Positions 28,147 through 40,032 of a stretch of DNA of 64,000 bases are shown piece after piece (the first letter of the stretch is position 1; each line of letters begins with the position of its first letter). The DNA comes from Basidiobolus meristosporus CBS 931.73 (Eukaryota > Fungi > Basidiobolomycota), in the NCBI GenBank assembly GCA_002104905.1, contig MCFE01000038.1, positions 140,215 to 204,214 on the forward strand, read 5' to 3'. A program made the position numbers and the translations under genes. Under the pieces are notes generated by a model. That model searched no databases and was not told the origin of the DNA. It saw only the letters and a list, made by a program, of their open reading frames with translations.

Positions 28147-28887
28147 AATGGTAAGAGTAAAAACGTGTTGAAAAAGGCTTATATATACCTTTTTTCTTTC
28201 ATTATATGCTAATAATTGTGATAAAACCTATATCAGAACATGGCACTTCCTTTTTAACTCGCCTAATCACTGATATGTCGCAAAACAGCAAGACCAGTAA
28301 AGCTGAAGATTCCTTTGGCATAAAGGGATGTTGGATTTAATCTATTAAATAACCTCCAATTAGCTAGTGAGAGTATGATAACCTTCATGAAATCAACATA
28401 CAGATTCTCGGGCGTATCCTAAATTCCCATCACAATGCTATGGTACACTATGATTTAAGCTATAATTGCCTAATAATCTTTGCTTTGTTGCTAATCAACA
28501 TGTGTACATACACGAAAGTATTTTTGAAAACCTATAATCGCAAGTCGAGGTATTTTTAAAGGAGGAATTGAATCCGAAGAAAGTTTAATTAATTACAGGA
28601 CATGGTGTCAATATTTAATCAAGGTCAAAACTGGATTCATCAGCGGAAGGGCAGTGTAGAGTCAACTAGTTACAAAATATGGTCGCAATCCAAGTGAATT
28701 AAATAACAGTTAGGGGTGGGTCGCTGAACCACTTTAATACTGCAATAACATGAGATACGCTTGTATATCCACAGCAAATCAGGTCTGATTATGGGGAGAT
28801 GCTAGGATGATATGTAGACTAAAAAATTACAAATTTTAGAAGTAAAAACTCAATGCGATGATGGCAACTGCAAAAAATAGCTGGTAC

Positions 28888-30089
28888 TTAATTTTGGCTG
28901 ACTGATGGCTTTCGACTTCTGAATAGAGAAGTTAGAGCACTTTTAACAGTCTCGCTTTTGCTGCTGGCTGACATGCGCCGGACCAAACCACTCCCGCGTG
29001 GTGATAATTGACTGGGTGACGTGGGTGTAGATGACAGTGGCATTACTTGATCATCTTCCTCAGGTGAATCCAGAGGATAAGTCTCATTGGCGTGATCTAC
29101 TCTGGTCGTATTGATGACTAGTGGTTGTGTTGAGCTCCCAATTCCAATATCACACAAATCCACATCCGATGAATGTGAGCTATTTCCATTGCTCTCGTTG
29201 GAAGGCAGGTGTTCAGCAGAAGCCATATGAATGAATTCATCGGCCTTAAAAGTCTTGGACAGTGCCATCTCTTGTTCGCATGATGTGGGAAGTGGGAACG
29301 GATCGTCAACGGTAACATCCGCATCTAGGTCGGCGAAGTGGCGGCACAATGGACATAAAAAGCCAGGTTTGGTAGCAACCATGAAGCGGACACATTTAAA
29401 ATGGAAAGCGTGGGAACATGGAGCGACAAATAACGCTTGAAGTTGTGAAAGCGGATATAGACAAATACAGCATTCTTCTTTTCTGCAATTATCGCCTGAT
29501 TCGCAGTCTACTGTTAGTGACTTTAGGGTTTTTAAGGCGTTCTCCCTATGATCAACGTAATTAATTCGCGTGAAGGTATTTCGTGATATTCGACAACGCC
29601 TACCTGTATTGCTCGGACATTTTCATTTTTCCATGGTGGTTAAACTCAAACTTCATTCGAACACACCGATACACTTCCTCATATCCACCTTGGTAGTCAA
29701 CACCCAACTGAACGATATCACCATCCTTCAGAAGATAAGGCTTACTCTCGCAACCAGGCGGGCTAAGACGGAGGTTGTTTAAAAATGTTCCGGAGGAGGA
29801 CTTGATATCTCGAATAAAATACTGGGATTTGAAGAATTAATATTGCTGTTTGGGAAAGCGAAGCTTAACTTCATACCTGCCCATTCGTAGACCACAGCTC
29901 TGCATGACATCTGCTTACTACCTTACTCTTAAACGCGATTCTTAGCGGAGAATGCGCTTTCTCGGTAAAACGGCCAATCTTCAGTATAGTTCCTTCGGGC
30001 ACATCGGTCTCAATGATCGGGAAATATAGTGATTTGTTTAGATCCACTATATGTGGGACTATACGGATGTGCGGAATTTGACCTGACAT
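28888..30089 (-). CDS. Dma1/Dma2-like FHA-RING E3 ubiquitin ligase, 2 introns
   Basis: FHA: LKIGRF, FKSKVVSRCHAELW, IRDIKSSSGTFLN, DGDIVQLGVDYQGG. RING-H2: CCIC...APCSHAFHFKC...CPLCR, followed by ADLDADV. Confidence 0.92.
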
Positions 30090-32547
30090 AGCTAGGAAAG
30101 CAGATTTACGTTCTTGTGTTTTGTTTTATATTCAGCACACGGGGGTGTAGGTGTAGGTGTAGAGTTGATATAAAAGGAATTTATTGTTAGATACGAGCTT
30201 AAAAGGACAGAGTGCTTGCGGTAAATAGGAAATAGGTGATTGGAGAAATCAGCTGAAAAGGACAAAATTTTGGACCAAGTGAAACTTGTCGTGACCCATG
30301 TATTTATATCGGATGCAACACTGGTTTGAAATCTTTTACGTGAGTGTTCCCGAAACGGGTTTTATATGCCACTTCAATACTCTTTTGGTAGAATACACGA
30401 AGTGTCACATGAATTCCAAATAAGATACAATCCTAGCATATAAATGATATCAATTTTTGAAGTTCAGTTATATTTGCGCGGTACAAATCTCTTTATTTAT
30501 ATAGGGAATGAATAAGAAGGATCTATATAGTTGGTACAGGTTCGAGATGGATCCAACAAGTTGAGTGTAGAACCTTCGAATAGGTACCTTGATTTAACTA
30601 ACAATGCTATCAATAGACGGCGGTGGCTTGGAAGTTGCTTGTGTGCAATTCAAGACGCTGGCAAGGCTGTTGATCCTGTCGGTTGTAGCTTAATGTAATC
30701 GTTGAAGGCTTGTATTGATCTGTATTTAGATTTAATACTAGCGCAGCAGTGCATCTGTCATCACAAACATAGGAATAAAATAAGGGGCATTTGTACTATT
30801 TATATTCGATATTAATCTAGTAAATTTTCGCAAGTTCGTTTTATTTTCATTTCCCAGGTTACAAAATCGCCGGTTTACGCGGAATTTGGAACCAGGGTGA
30901 GGCAAATTCCTATGCTGGAGCTATACACCATATGTGCTAGAAGAAAGGTGCAACTGTTAATCTGCTCCATCAATATCTGACTAGTTTGAATTTGGGAAAT
31001 TACGGAAGTACACAGGTACTTGGATTGCCACAGAGTTGCGCATGGTTGCATCCGTTTTGGCCCTTGATGACTTCCGAAAATACACTATCAAATAACCATG
31101 AGGCTACCTAAAACCAGACCAATGGGCAATTTACGTTATTTTTTGCCATGTAGAATAAAGCGATATCGAAATTTCTGACTTTTGCCAATCGAGAACACAC
31201 TGAGTAGGCCGCTACGGCCACGAAAACATTGACAACTCTTTGGAAGCACTCAGCCCACACCATCAGTAGACCTGCAACGCTATTCTCCAGGTATTGCTTT
31301 ATCCCGTAGGATATATAGGCCAAAATGGCAATCAGGCTAAACGTGATACGAAATTTCCGTCTCTAGCTATCCATTCCATGTAGACTTCTAACACTGAATC
31401 AGACTTCTGTTTTCCCATTCCATTGAATGAATAATTTCATTTTGTTTTCCATTTGGTATCAGAGGTTGAGGATCGTTTCTAATTGGGCCATTGGTCTGAA
31501 TACTCTAGAATATCGATTCGCCTTGCAAACTCAGCCTCATTTCGTCCTGTAACGTATCAGGGGCCATCACATGACGCAGAGCTGCTTATCATGAGTATGA
31601 GGAGTGCTACACTGGTGGGTGGTAACGGAAATTGTGCAACATATGCATCAACCTAAATAAATGTGATTATTCCCGGCGCAACCAGCTCGTTAATCGATGT
31701 TGCATATCTTTACATCAAATATTTAGCCATCATCCAAATCCGCTTAAATACAAGTATCTTTTGTGCAAGAAGCGAAGATACCGGGCTCCAACTCCGCCCA
31801 CTATCACTTGAAAAAGCGCATACATATAGCGCAAAGAGTTCCGTGTATGGTAGCAATACATAAAAGTAGATGTATCTAGGTGCTTTAGCATTATATCATG
31901 CTCAAAGCACTCGATGCATGAATGTTGATTATCTTAATTAGAATTGATAACTCCAATTCTGGAGGCTTTAATTTGACATCACTATTAGAAATTCGGGGAA
32001 GCCTAGGTACATGACATAATGTCCTATTTGCATCTATTATTCCAAATCAGATGTGTAATAGTGAGCGATGATTCTTGCATCAATATCCTTCACACAACTA
32101 TTGATAAAATCCATTAGCGTAGAGCCATGGATGATCAACAATGTCAGAAAATTTACTTGTTGATAAAAACATACATTGCGGCTAGGTACCATTCACAAAC
32201 CGGTGTAAGTGACGAGCTGGCTAATCCTTCATACATCCCATACCTCTGCCATCGTTATCCATTGGTTATGCTCATTTAAACCCATCTTGCCAAATCAAGG
32301 TATCGGCATATGCGCTTCCTGATCCCTTTGTAGTAGTAATGGCCATACAAAAATGACAGTAACACATGTACCCGGGTAGTTAATATGAATGCTTGTTTCC
32401 ATAGAACAGTGGACGATCCTATATTACTAATGTTAGGACTCAATTTATGCTACATACGTAAGCAAACGTGTAATGTGATAAATATTTTATTCTGACTGGC
32501 TGGGCTGTAGATTTTTAAAAAACATCTTTACAGAAGCCTACCCACAA

Positions 32548-33513
32548 ATGGCCTCCAGAAGTGACAACCCTTACGAAACCGACGTCCAAGTCAGTCAATA
32601 TTGTGACTTTCACTATGGTCCTCCAACCCCTATACGAGAGGTTGAACCCTTTCCTGTTGTAATTGCTCGTATCTGTGAGGCAGTCATTCGACGCAGCGAT
32701 TTTTGGGATAAACAAAGCAATACTTCCAAGGTTGGTCCTTTACGCGCTTTTGACTTGGGATGTGCTGTTGGTCGCTCAACCTTAGAGCTTGCCAAGACAT
32801 TTGATCAAGTTGTGGGTGCTGACTACTCGTATAGATTTGTTGAGACTGGGTCAGAGATTGCCAAGAGTGGCAAGGTGAACTTTTCTGCTCTTGTTGAAGG
32901 CTCTATTTTTACCCAACATGAGGTAACCCTCGGTGATAAGCAAGTTCCTCTGACAGGTGAGGATGGCCAAACCCTCACTAAAAGTATATTTGGCAGCATA
33001 CCGTCTACAGAACCAATGGGCCCGGAGGACATTAAAAAGCTGACTGACCGAGTGTCTTTCATGCAACAAGACGCTTGCAAGTTGACCACTGAAAAGGAGC
33101 TCTATGGTTTTCACTGTGTATTGGCAGCTAACCTTATCGACCGACTGTATGAACCTCAGTTATTTTTGAATTCCATTCAGGAGCGGATAGTGCCAGGTGG
33201 CTATTTGGTATTGCTTTCTCCTTACACATGGCTTCCTGAATACACACCTGTTGAACATTGGGTTGGCGGGAAAACCGTAAATGGACAAGCTGTTATGACC
33301 AAGAACGGCTTGAAAGATATCCTTTCACAGTATTTTGAGCTTGTGGAGCTAAGCCCAGTGGACTCTTCGTTTGAAGACTTGAATACCTCTACATGCCTTG
33401 AGTCGAGGGAAACGAACACGATCACTTCTTTCCATGTTCCGTTTGTTATCCGTGAAACTCATCGTAAATATCAGCATAGTTTCTCAGAATGCACCATTTG
33501 GCGTAAGAAATAA
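32548..33513 (+). CDS. SAM-dependent methyltransferase matching the OvoA C-terminal (5-thiohistidine N-methyltransferase) domain, stand-alone
   Basis: NPYETD..VSQYCDFHYG; RAFDLGCAVGRSTLELA; DYSYRFV; LAANLIDRLYEP..FL..I.ERI.PGG.LVL.SPYTWL.E.TP...W.GG; VPFVIRET.RKYQH. These are the hallmark blocks of the OvoA C-terminal domain as recalled. The 321-codon body is intronless; a short 5' extension via an intron is possible (see findings). Confidence 0.87.
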   Translation: MASRSDNPYETDVQVSQYCDFHYGPPTPIREVEPFPVVIARICEAVIRRSDFWDKQSNTSKVGPLRAFDLGCAVGRSTLELAKTFDQVVGADYSYRFVETGSEIAKSGKVNFSALVEGSIFTQHEVTLGDKQVPLTGEDGQTLTKSIFGSIPSTEPMGPEDIKKLTDRVSFMQQDACKLTTEKELYGFHCVLAANLIDRLYEPQLFLNSIQERIVPGGYLVLLSPYTWLPEYTPVEHWVGGKTVNGQAVMTKNGLKDILSQYFELVELSPVDSSFEDLNTSTCLESRETNTITSFHVPFVIRETHRKYQHSFSECTIWRKK

Positions 33514-36512
33514 TACTCCCTTGCGGTATTCATTTGATCGTTTCACGCTCAACCTTAGAGGATAATAAGTATTCAATTTACCTCTCAAATTAAAACTATC
33601 AAATAGGCACTTGGCCATTCATTATTTTCATTTTGAAATTTTAATGCCTGAAGGAAATCACGAATACCCTAATCAAATGAGAATAACACTTCTATCATGC
33701 ATTCTACCTATTGGATATCTATACTCCACAAAGAAATTGAATCCTGCTCTTCAAGCATTGAAGTTGTGTAGTTGCCCTGGGAGAGCGCCTTCGATAAAAC
33801 TGAGAATTGGCTGAGGGTGACGCAACAATTCACTGATATGCTGCCCAATCGGAGGCACTAGATTACTTCTGGGGTCGATTAATTGGTAGCAAGATTCATT
33901 TCATAACGATCATCGGACTGAGATTAGTCTATGCTCACAATGGCAGTCAGCAAATGACAGGAGGGAAAGGTTCCAGCTGATTTGGAATAGGGCAACAATT
34001 TAAAGGGCCTTATTTTCCCGCGAATCTCATGAGCTACTGGTGATGTGGGAATTGTTTGTTGCACTGGACTTGTGATGCATCGAAGTGCTGATGGTGCATT
34101 CTCCATACGATGTAGATACTGCCGCTTTCAAGATCCATGACCTGTGCTACTTGCCACAATATTCATGTTGCTGTGAGTAAACACAGATATAGTAGATATT
34201 TCCCTCTCATTTGAGGTAGATTGTTGGTTCAGAAGTAGTACTACGGAGAAAAGCCTAGAAGGCACATCCGTACCGGTATGCACTGAAATCCAGCTAATGA
34301 CATGTTGATTCTGAGTCCTGCTAATGAGGTACTAGACGATACCTTGATCATCAGCGAAGCACTGAAGTGGCGACCTTCGACGACAGGGATTTCGGGTAGC
34401 CTCTACCTCGGGGGTTCAATTCGAAAATCATTAAGGGGTTTGATGCAACTTCCTAGTCCTCCAGAATCAGCTAGAGAAGGTCAATTCCCACTGTGTGGTA
34501 CATCGATCATGGCACATCCGCTTTGTATTTGCTCCAACCTACTTTATGAATATATTGATCGATCCAATAGTATGTCAATCAGACCAATTCCATGCCAATT
34601 TTGTGAGCATTTTTGATTTGTTGGGAGTTGTTTCCAATTCAAACATCCTACTGGAATTGTTGTCGAGGCTACTCAAACCATCAGATAATAAGTCCGTGTC
34701 ATACAACTCGAATAAAATCGCAGCTCAGCAATTCATTCTGAAAAATCGTACTATTCTTGGCTGACAGTATGCACCAAAGGTGTTTGTCCAAGTCATTGCC
34801 GCCATAAAAGGTGTTGAGGTGAGTTGAACGTTGGATCATAGTAATTAACATCCCAATGCTACCTCTAATACAGGTCAGCCAGTGGTATGTCATCCTCAAG
34901 CTAATCTACACTCCAGGTGTCTCCAGTGATTCGAGTAAATATGGTGACTGACCATGTGGTCAAGTCAAACCCTGGCTTGGATATTCAGGCTACATCGGAT
35001 GCCTCATAACACTGCGGTGTCACTAGCATGTTGCTGTGAAGAATACCGGAGTATACGGTGGCGAGCAGAAGATCCAGAGAGGAGCCTGCCTGGTTAGAAA
35101 ATGGAGTGGTTGTTGACTGTTCAACAATGTCTGATATGCCTCAAAGCACCATGCCATAATGAGCTCATGGTCAGTTAATCGTATCCGGTATGGGTGACGG
35201 CTGGATGGATCCCTCTGATCCATATAGCGGTCGTTCTGGCCAGCTTGGATCCTGGTGCTTTTCCCATCAAGAGTGGCGGGCAAACCAAGATTCATGTATG
35301 GCTTGGAAACTATCGGATTCTGTGAACGCATAATTTACTACAGCCACATAGACCAGATCCAAGTTGCGATGTAGATACCATAACAAATGATCCGAAGTGC
35401 ATGTCTACACTTCACTTACAAGGTGACCATAGAGACTTTAGATCAGAAGCTATGATTTGATCAGGCATCAATTCTGATTTATCATTTCATATATGCGCCA
35501 ATTTCTATTTGGCCGGTATCAGCTGTAGTGCAATCCTACTTGAGGAGGATATGGGAATAGGATCCCCCAAATAATTCATAAAGCGCTTTACCAAGGATTT
35601 ATACATTACTGGCCTTTGGGCGTAAATTCTCCAATCACAAGCAATCAAATTTGGCTAAACATCCATCCAGGCTTTGATAGGTTGGGGCTCCCAATCGGAC
35701 GGTAATGGTAGAGAGGACTGGTGATTTGTTTATTTTACTGATAGTAAGTGTGTCATGTTAGTGCTCAAAGATCTATGGTGACTAAAACCAAGCTGGTCGA
35801 TGACTCCCAGCTATATTGCCTTTTTTGTACCTGTTCCTTTTAGGTTCATCAAGTAGATGGTCACAAAGCGTTTACGTATATCTCCTCGATCCCAACCTAT
35901 GCTCTTCGTCCTGTTTGCCGCCTGGCTATGGCCCGGAATGCAACAGCAGGCAGTAATAGCTTCCTACCGAGGAGTCCGGGCGTTGGCGACTTGCGCTTTG
36001 GTGCCGACCTCAGTAAGCGAAGAACAGCAACATCTCATTTGATGTGGAGCGTTCAGACTCGACCTTCCCATTCAATAGTCACTGCCTTTGCCATTCCACC
36101 CGTACTACTGGCCTAATGATTTGCTGAGAAAAGCAATTCAATTTTTTAATTTTTAATATGTATCAATGGGGTTTCATACCATGATTGGTTTAGCAGTACG
36201 AAGAAAAACAGTAATGGGTGATGTATCCAAAGGTTCAACTGACAAATCGTGTCCATCTACTCTGTTTAGACACCGATCATTGGCCTGGTAATCAAAGGAA
36301 CGAAGATCTGCTTGACAAACATTTCTTAGTTTAAATACGAGGGCAGATTATGTACAATCCCTTTGAATAATTCCTTGCCTTCTTATCTTTCATTTACTTC
36401 GCCACCATGTCTGTGAATGTAGAGGCTGTAGGCTCTTTAGTACGTCCGATCTCCCTAGTAGTCGGCTGGCTTGTTTCTAACACTTTCATTCCCTTGGATA
36501 TAGGAAGCGTCT

Positions 36513-38410
36513 ATGGCAGAAACGCTGCTGTCAATGGGGAAAGCACAGCCTCTGGAAGCCGACAAACAGAGCTCACCAACAATCGGCCAAAATCCCTTGG
36601 CCCAGTTGATCGGGTCAGGTGTGGTATACGACTTGATTAAGCCAGAAGTGATAATTGGTCGCCAGAGCATGGATCTTGAAGACAATGCAAGCCAAGATTG
36701 TATATTGATTGGGGATAAGAGAGTATCACGGAAACATGCCCGGATCACTTACGACTCTAAAACGAAAGACTGGTACCTTTGGGTTCATGGTAGAAAAGGG
36801 GTTAGTGTGAATGGAAAGCTCTATTTACCTGACAACCAGCAGCCTATACTTCTCAAGTCTGGGTAACTGTATTCATCAGTATAGATCAGCTAATAATTTA
36901 CTAATGCCCATTCCAAAGCTCCAGCGTATCCATTATCTGTTACAACTTTCAGTTTCAAACATCCGTCGACGAAGCGAATCCTAGAGCTATGAAAGTGCCT
37001 ACTACGCCACCGAGACGGCTCGAAATAAGTACCGATTTCTACCACAAACCAGTTACACCTGTATCTCCTACTACTCCCAACATGCAGAAGAACAGCCAAG
37101 AAAAGATGCAATATCGTCCTATCGCAATTCGAGATATCCTGTCACCAGATGCATCCCAACGTGGAGGGCCTCTAAAAAATCAGCCTACCTTGTACTCCCC
37201 CATCACACCATATTCCCCTTTCAGCCCACAGTTGTATAATATACAACCGAACAACATGTACACTACTGAGAATAGAAGGATATCTTGGAGCCCCATTACA
37301 AACACAAGAAGCGCCTTCAATGGATCCACTCCGAATATCACACCCACCAGGAATACCTCAATCCTACCTAAACCCAAAGATTCCGGCCTCGAAAAAGACA
37401 CAGAAACAGGATTTGAGTCGAACGGAAAACCACCTGCTTCTCAGGAAGATGGAAAGCCCCCGTACTCCTATGCTCATTTGATTGCCGAGGCGATCACCTC
37501 ATCGCTCAACAAGAAAATGACCTTGGCGGGAATATACGACTACATCTCCACCCATTATGACTACTTCAGGAACAGCACTATAGGATGGCAGGTTGGTTAC
37601 AAACATAAAATTGGTTTGCTGGTAACTTTGAAAAACTGACATGCCTATGCCGATGATCCCTAGAATTCGATTCGTCATAATTTGTCTTTGAATAAGGCTT
37701 TTATGAAGGTTCCCAAAGGACCTAACGAGACTGGAAAGGGTATGTTTTGGCAGATAGCACCTGGGTACGAGGAGGCAGTAGATAGCTCCCTAAAGTCAAA
37801 TTATCGTGGGTTGAAGTCGCCGAAGGCCAAGATTAAACATTGTGGAGGGCAGTCGCGGAAGGTGAAGACGGACCTTGCACATTCTCCCACAAAGGTAACT
37901 CCTCTGAAGCCAATTGCGCCAACGTTACAAGCCTATTCGAGTCAGAGCCTCGGCAGGTTCGACAAGAAGATAGCTCCTCTGAACTACAATGGGTCTAGAC
38001 GAGTTTCCATTGGGTTTCCAGTAGAATCCCAGTTTTATCTACAAGAGAATGACCCATTCTGCTCAAGACCAAGAAGTAATAGTACCCCGGATCGCATGAA
38101 GCGTCTTATTCCCAAGTACACTGCCGCCCACCCGCTGGGATTGCTCGATCCCCAGAAAATCATGCAAACCATGCCAGTTCAGTACTATGGCCTGAAAATG
38201 ATGTTTTCCCCACCCAATATCCCTTATGAACACCTTTCTCAAGCAGAATCGCACAATCACGAATACGAAGGTAGTGTACATAAGTGGCCCCAGCTTGTGC
38301 CTGCCAAGAAGAATAGAAATTCAAGCAACATGGATCCAATAAGGGCAGTCACAGGCTATGCATCGTCCAACCACAGGGACTCTAGTAAAGAACAAAATCA
38401 ACGTTCCTAA
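36513..38410 (+). CDS. FHA + forkhead transcription factor (Fkh1/Fkh2-like), 2 introns
   Basis: FHA: VIIGR...VSRKHARI...GRKGVSVNG. Forkhead: [14 protein letters not shown]...[14 protein letters not shown]....GWQ|[17 protein letters not shown]...GKGMFW. Confidence 0.92.
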
Positions 38411-39100
38411 TGCTTAGGGTTAGGAAGAGTCCTGACATAATGCATCTATGTTTAGGAATCCGGGCAATGCCCGTAAATACCAAGGCGTTAGCCACTTGTA
38501 CAGGAAACAACTTGTAGAAAATGAAGTCAACTTTACATTCATACCTTTAATTTATGACTTACCATGGCTATTTCAGACCTCTCAGCATCAATTCACTTGC
38601 CAGACAGATACAAGGCAGCACTATGCAACAATCCACTCAATAATCAGTCGAGCAGGAAAAATTATACTGATATGAACGCCACTGTGCGCTAGCGGCCCCT
38701 CGTTTGATAAATCGCCGTTGGCATATGGGACGGCGAAGGCAAAGATTAATGGATATTGGTGTCCTCAGAGGACAGATATGTGGTCCATGAAAGGGGTCGT
38801 GCCAGTTTTTGCTATCTGTTGTGATGCTCCTGGACCATCAATTGCGATTTCGCTGCAGAATAAACTGATATCAATACGAAACAAACCAAGTGGCCCCATT
38901 CCATGTATGGACACATAGACGATTGTGTAGAGTTATATTATCAAGTTGATAGCTATACATATATATGTCATTGGATAGAAACGATAGGCAAATATCTGGT
39001 ATTATGGTACATAAGTTCAGACGTCAAAAAAGCAGGCTATATAGGCTTGAATCAAAAAGTAGGTAAACTAGTGTGCTATGAGGGATATGTAGGTTAAGGT

Positions 39101-39358
39101 TCAGAGAACAATCTCACTTCTCTCATCATCTTCATAATGATGCGGAAAAGAGATATAATCTGAAGCGAAAGGATCACAAGATTTACGACGGAGTGGAGGG
39201 CTTCGTAATATATCGGCCACAGAAAACGGATTCCAAGACTCTTTAGGCACTAGAGTTGCTTGAACATTGACCGTGGTGGTGTGGTTGGTGGACTGGTGAG
39301 ATTTTAATGGAACTTTCTTTTGGGGTTTTTGTTGTGGTTCAATTTGAAAACAAGCCAT
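39101..39358 (-). CDS. Small hypothetical protein (~85 aa)
   Basis: Clean ATG ORF downstream of a C/A-rich, T-poor leader and a TATA-like element. Protein-like composition with a C-terminal SPPLRRKSCDPFASDYISFP motif. Confidence 0.45.
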   Translation of the reverse strand: MACFQIEPQQKPQKKVPLKSHQSTNHTTTVNVQATLVPKESWNPFSVADILRSPPLRRKSCDPFASDYISFPHHYEDDERSEIVL

Positions 39359-40032
39359 CAACAAGGTTAGACTTTATTGGGTTTATGAAGAGTTGGGTTA
39401 GAGTTAGGCTTTAGGGTGATACGCAATTTAGTGAGATAGCTTCACAGGCCACAGCCCCTATTTATACCCGGAATTTACAAGCACGTAGGACCTCTCCAGG
39501 AATGCCACATTCTTTGGTAAATGTTGACACAGCTACATCTCGTCATTCACGTGGTTACCCACCCATTATTAGCAGGTATTCGAATGCTCCTGGATAATAC
39601 GTTTAGATGGATATATGTAGTTCTAGTGATTATATAATGTGTGCCATTGCGGGTCCGCTAAAAACAGTGCTCTGTAGTACGCTACACCATTTCCTGCACT
39701 TCATTCAACGATTATAGAATGTTGCAGGGCCTCTCCAATTCGATTGGTGGCTAGTTCCTTATTGAAGCTGACCATTGATCAATCAATCTGATCGATCTAG
39801 TCATGGGTGTCGCAGTTCGACATCAGATTTAGAAGTCTCTAGGATGTGACAACATGCCCCACATCACCACCACATTGGACTAGTGCTTGACACCCGCCAT
39901 GCTATTTAGATATACATTGGCTGTAGTTTATAAACATTTATTACGGACATATATTACAAACTGATCGATCGCAGTTGTATTCTATCTGAAATGTAAAGCC
40001 GAAACCTCACATACGCGCCATGTAGTGGCTCT

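Noticed and set aside
30531-30698. 55-codon open frame ending in a CaaX-like CSLM*
   Set aside because: No in-frame ATG and no convincing intron to supply one. A CaaX ending arises by chance among many short frames.
38414-38424. TTAGGGTTAGG just after the forkhead stop codon
   Set aside because: Under two repeat units and with no associated 3' hairpin motif. Likely chance.
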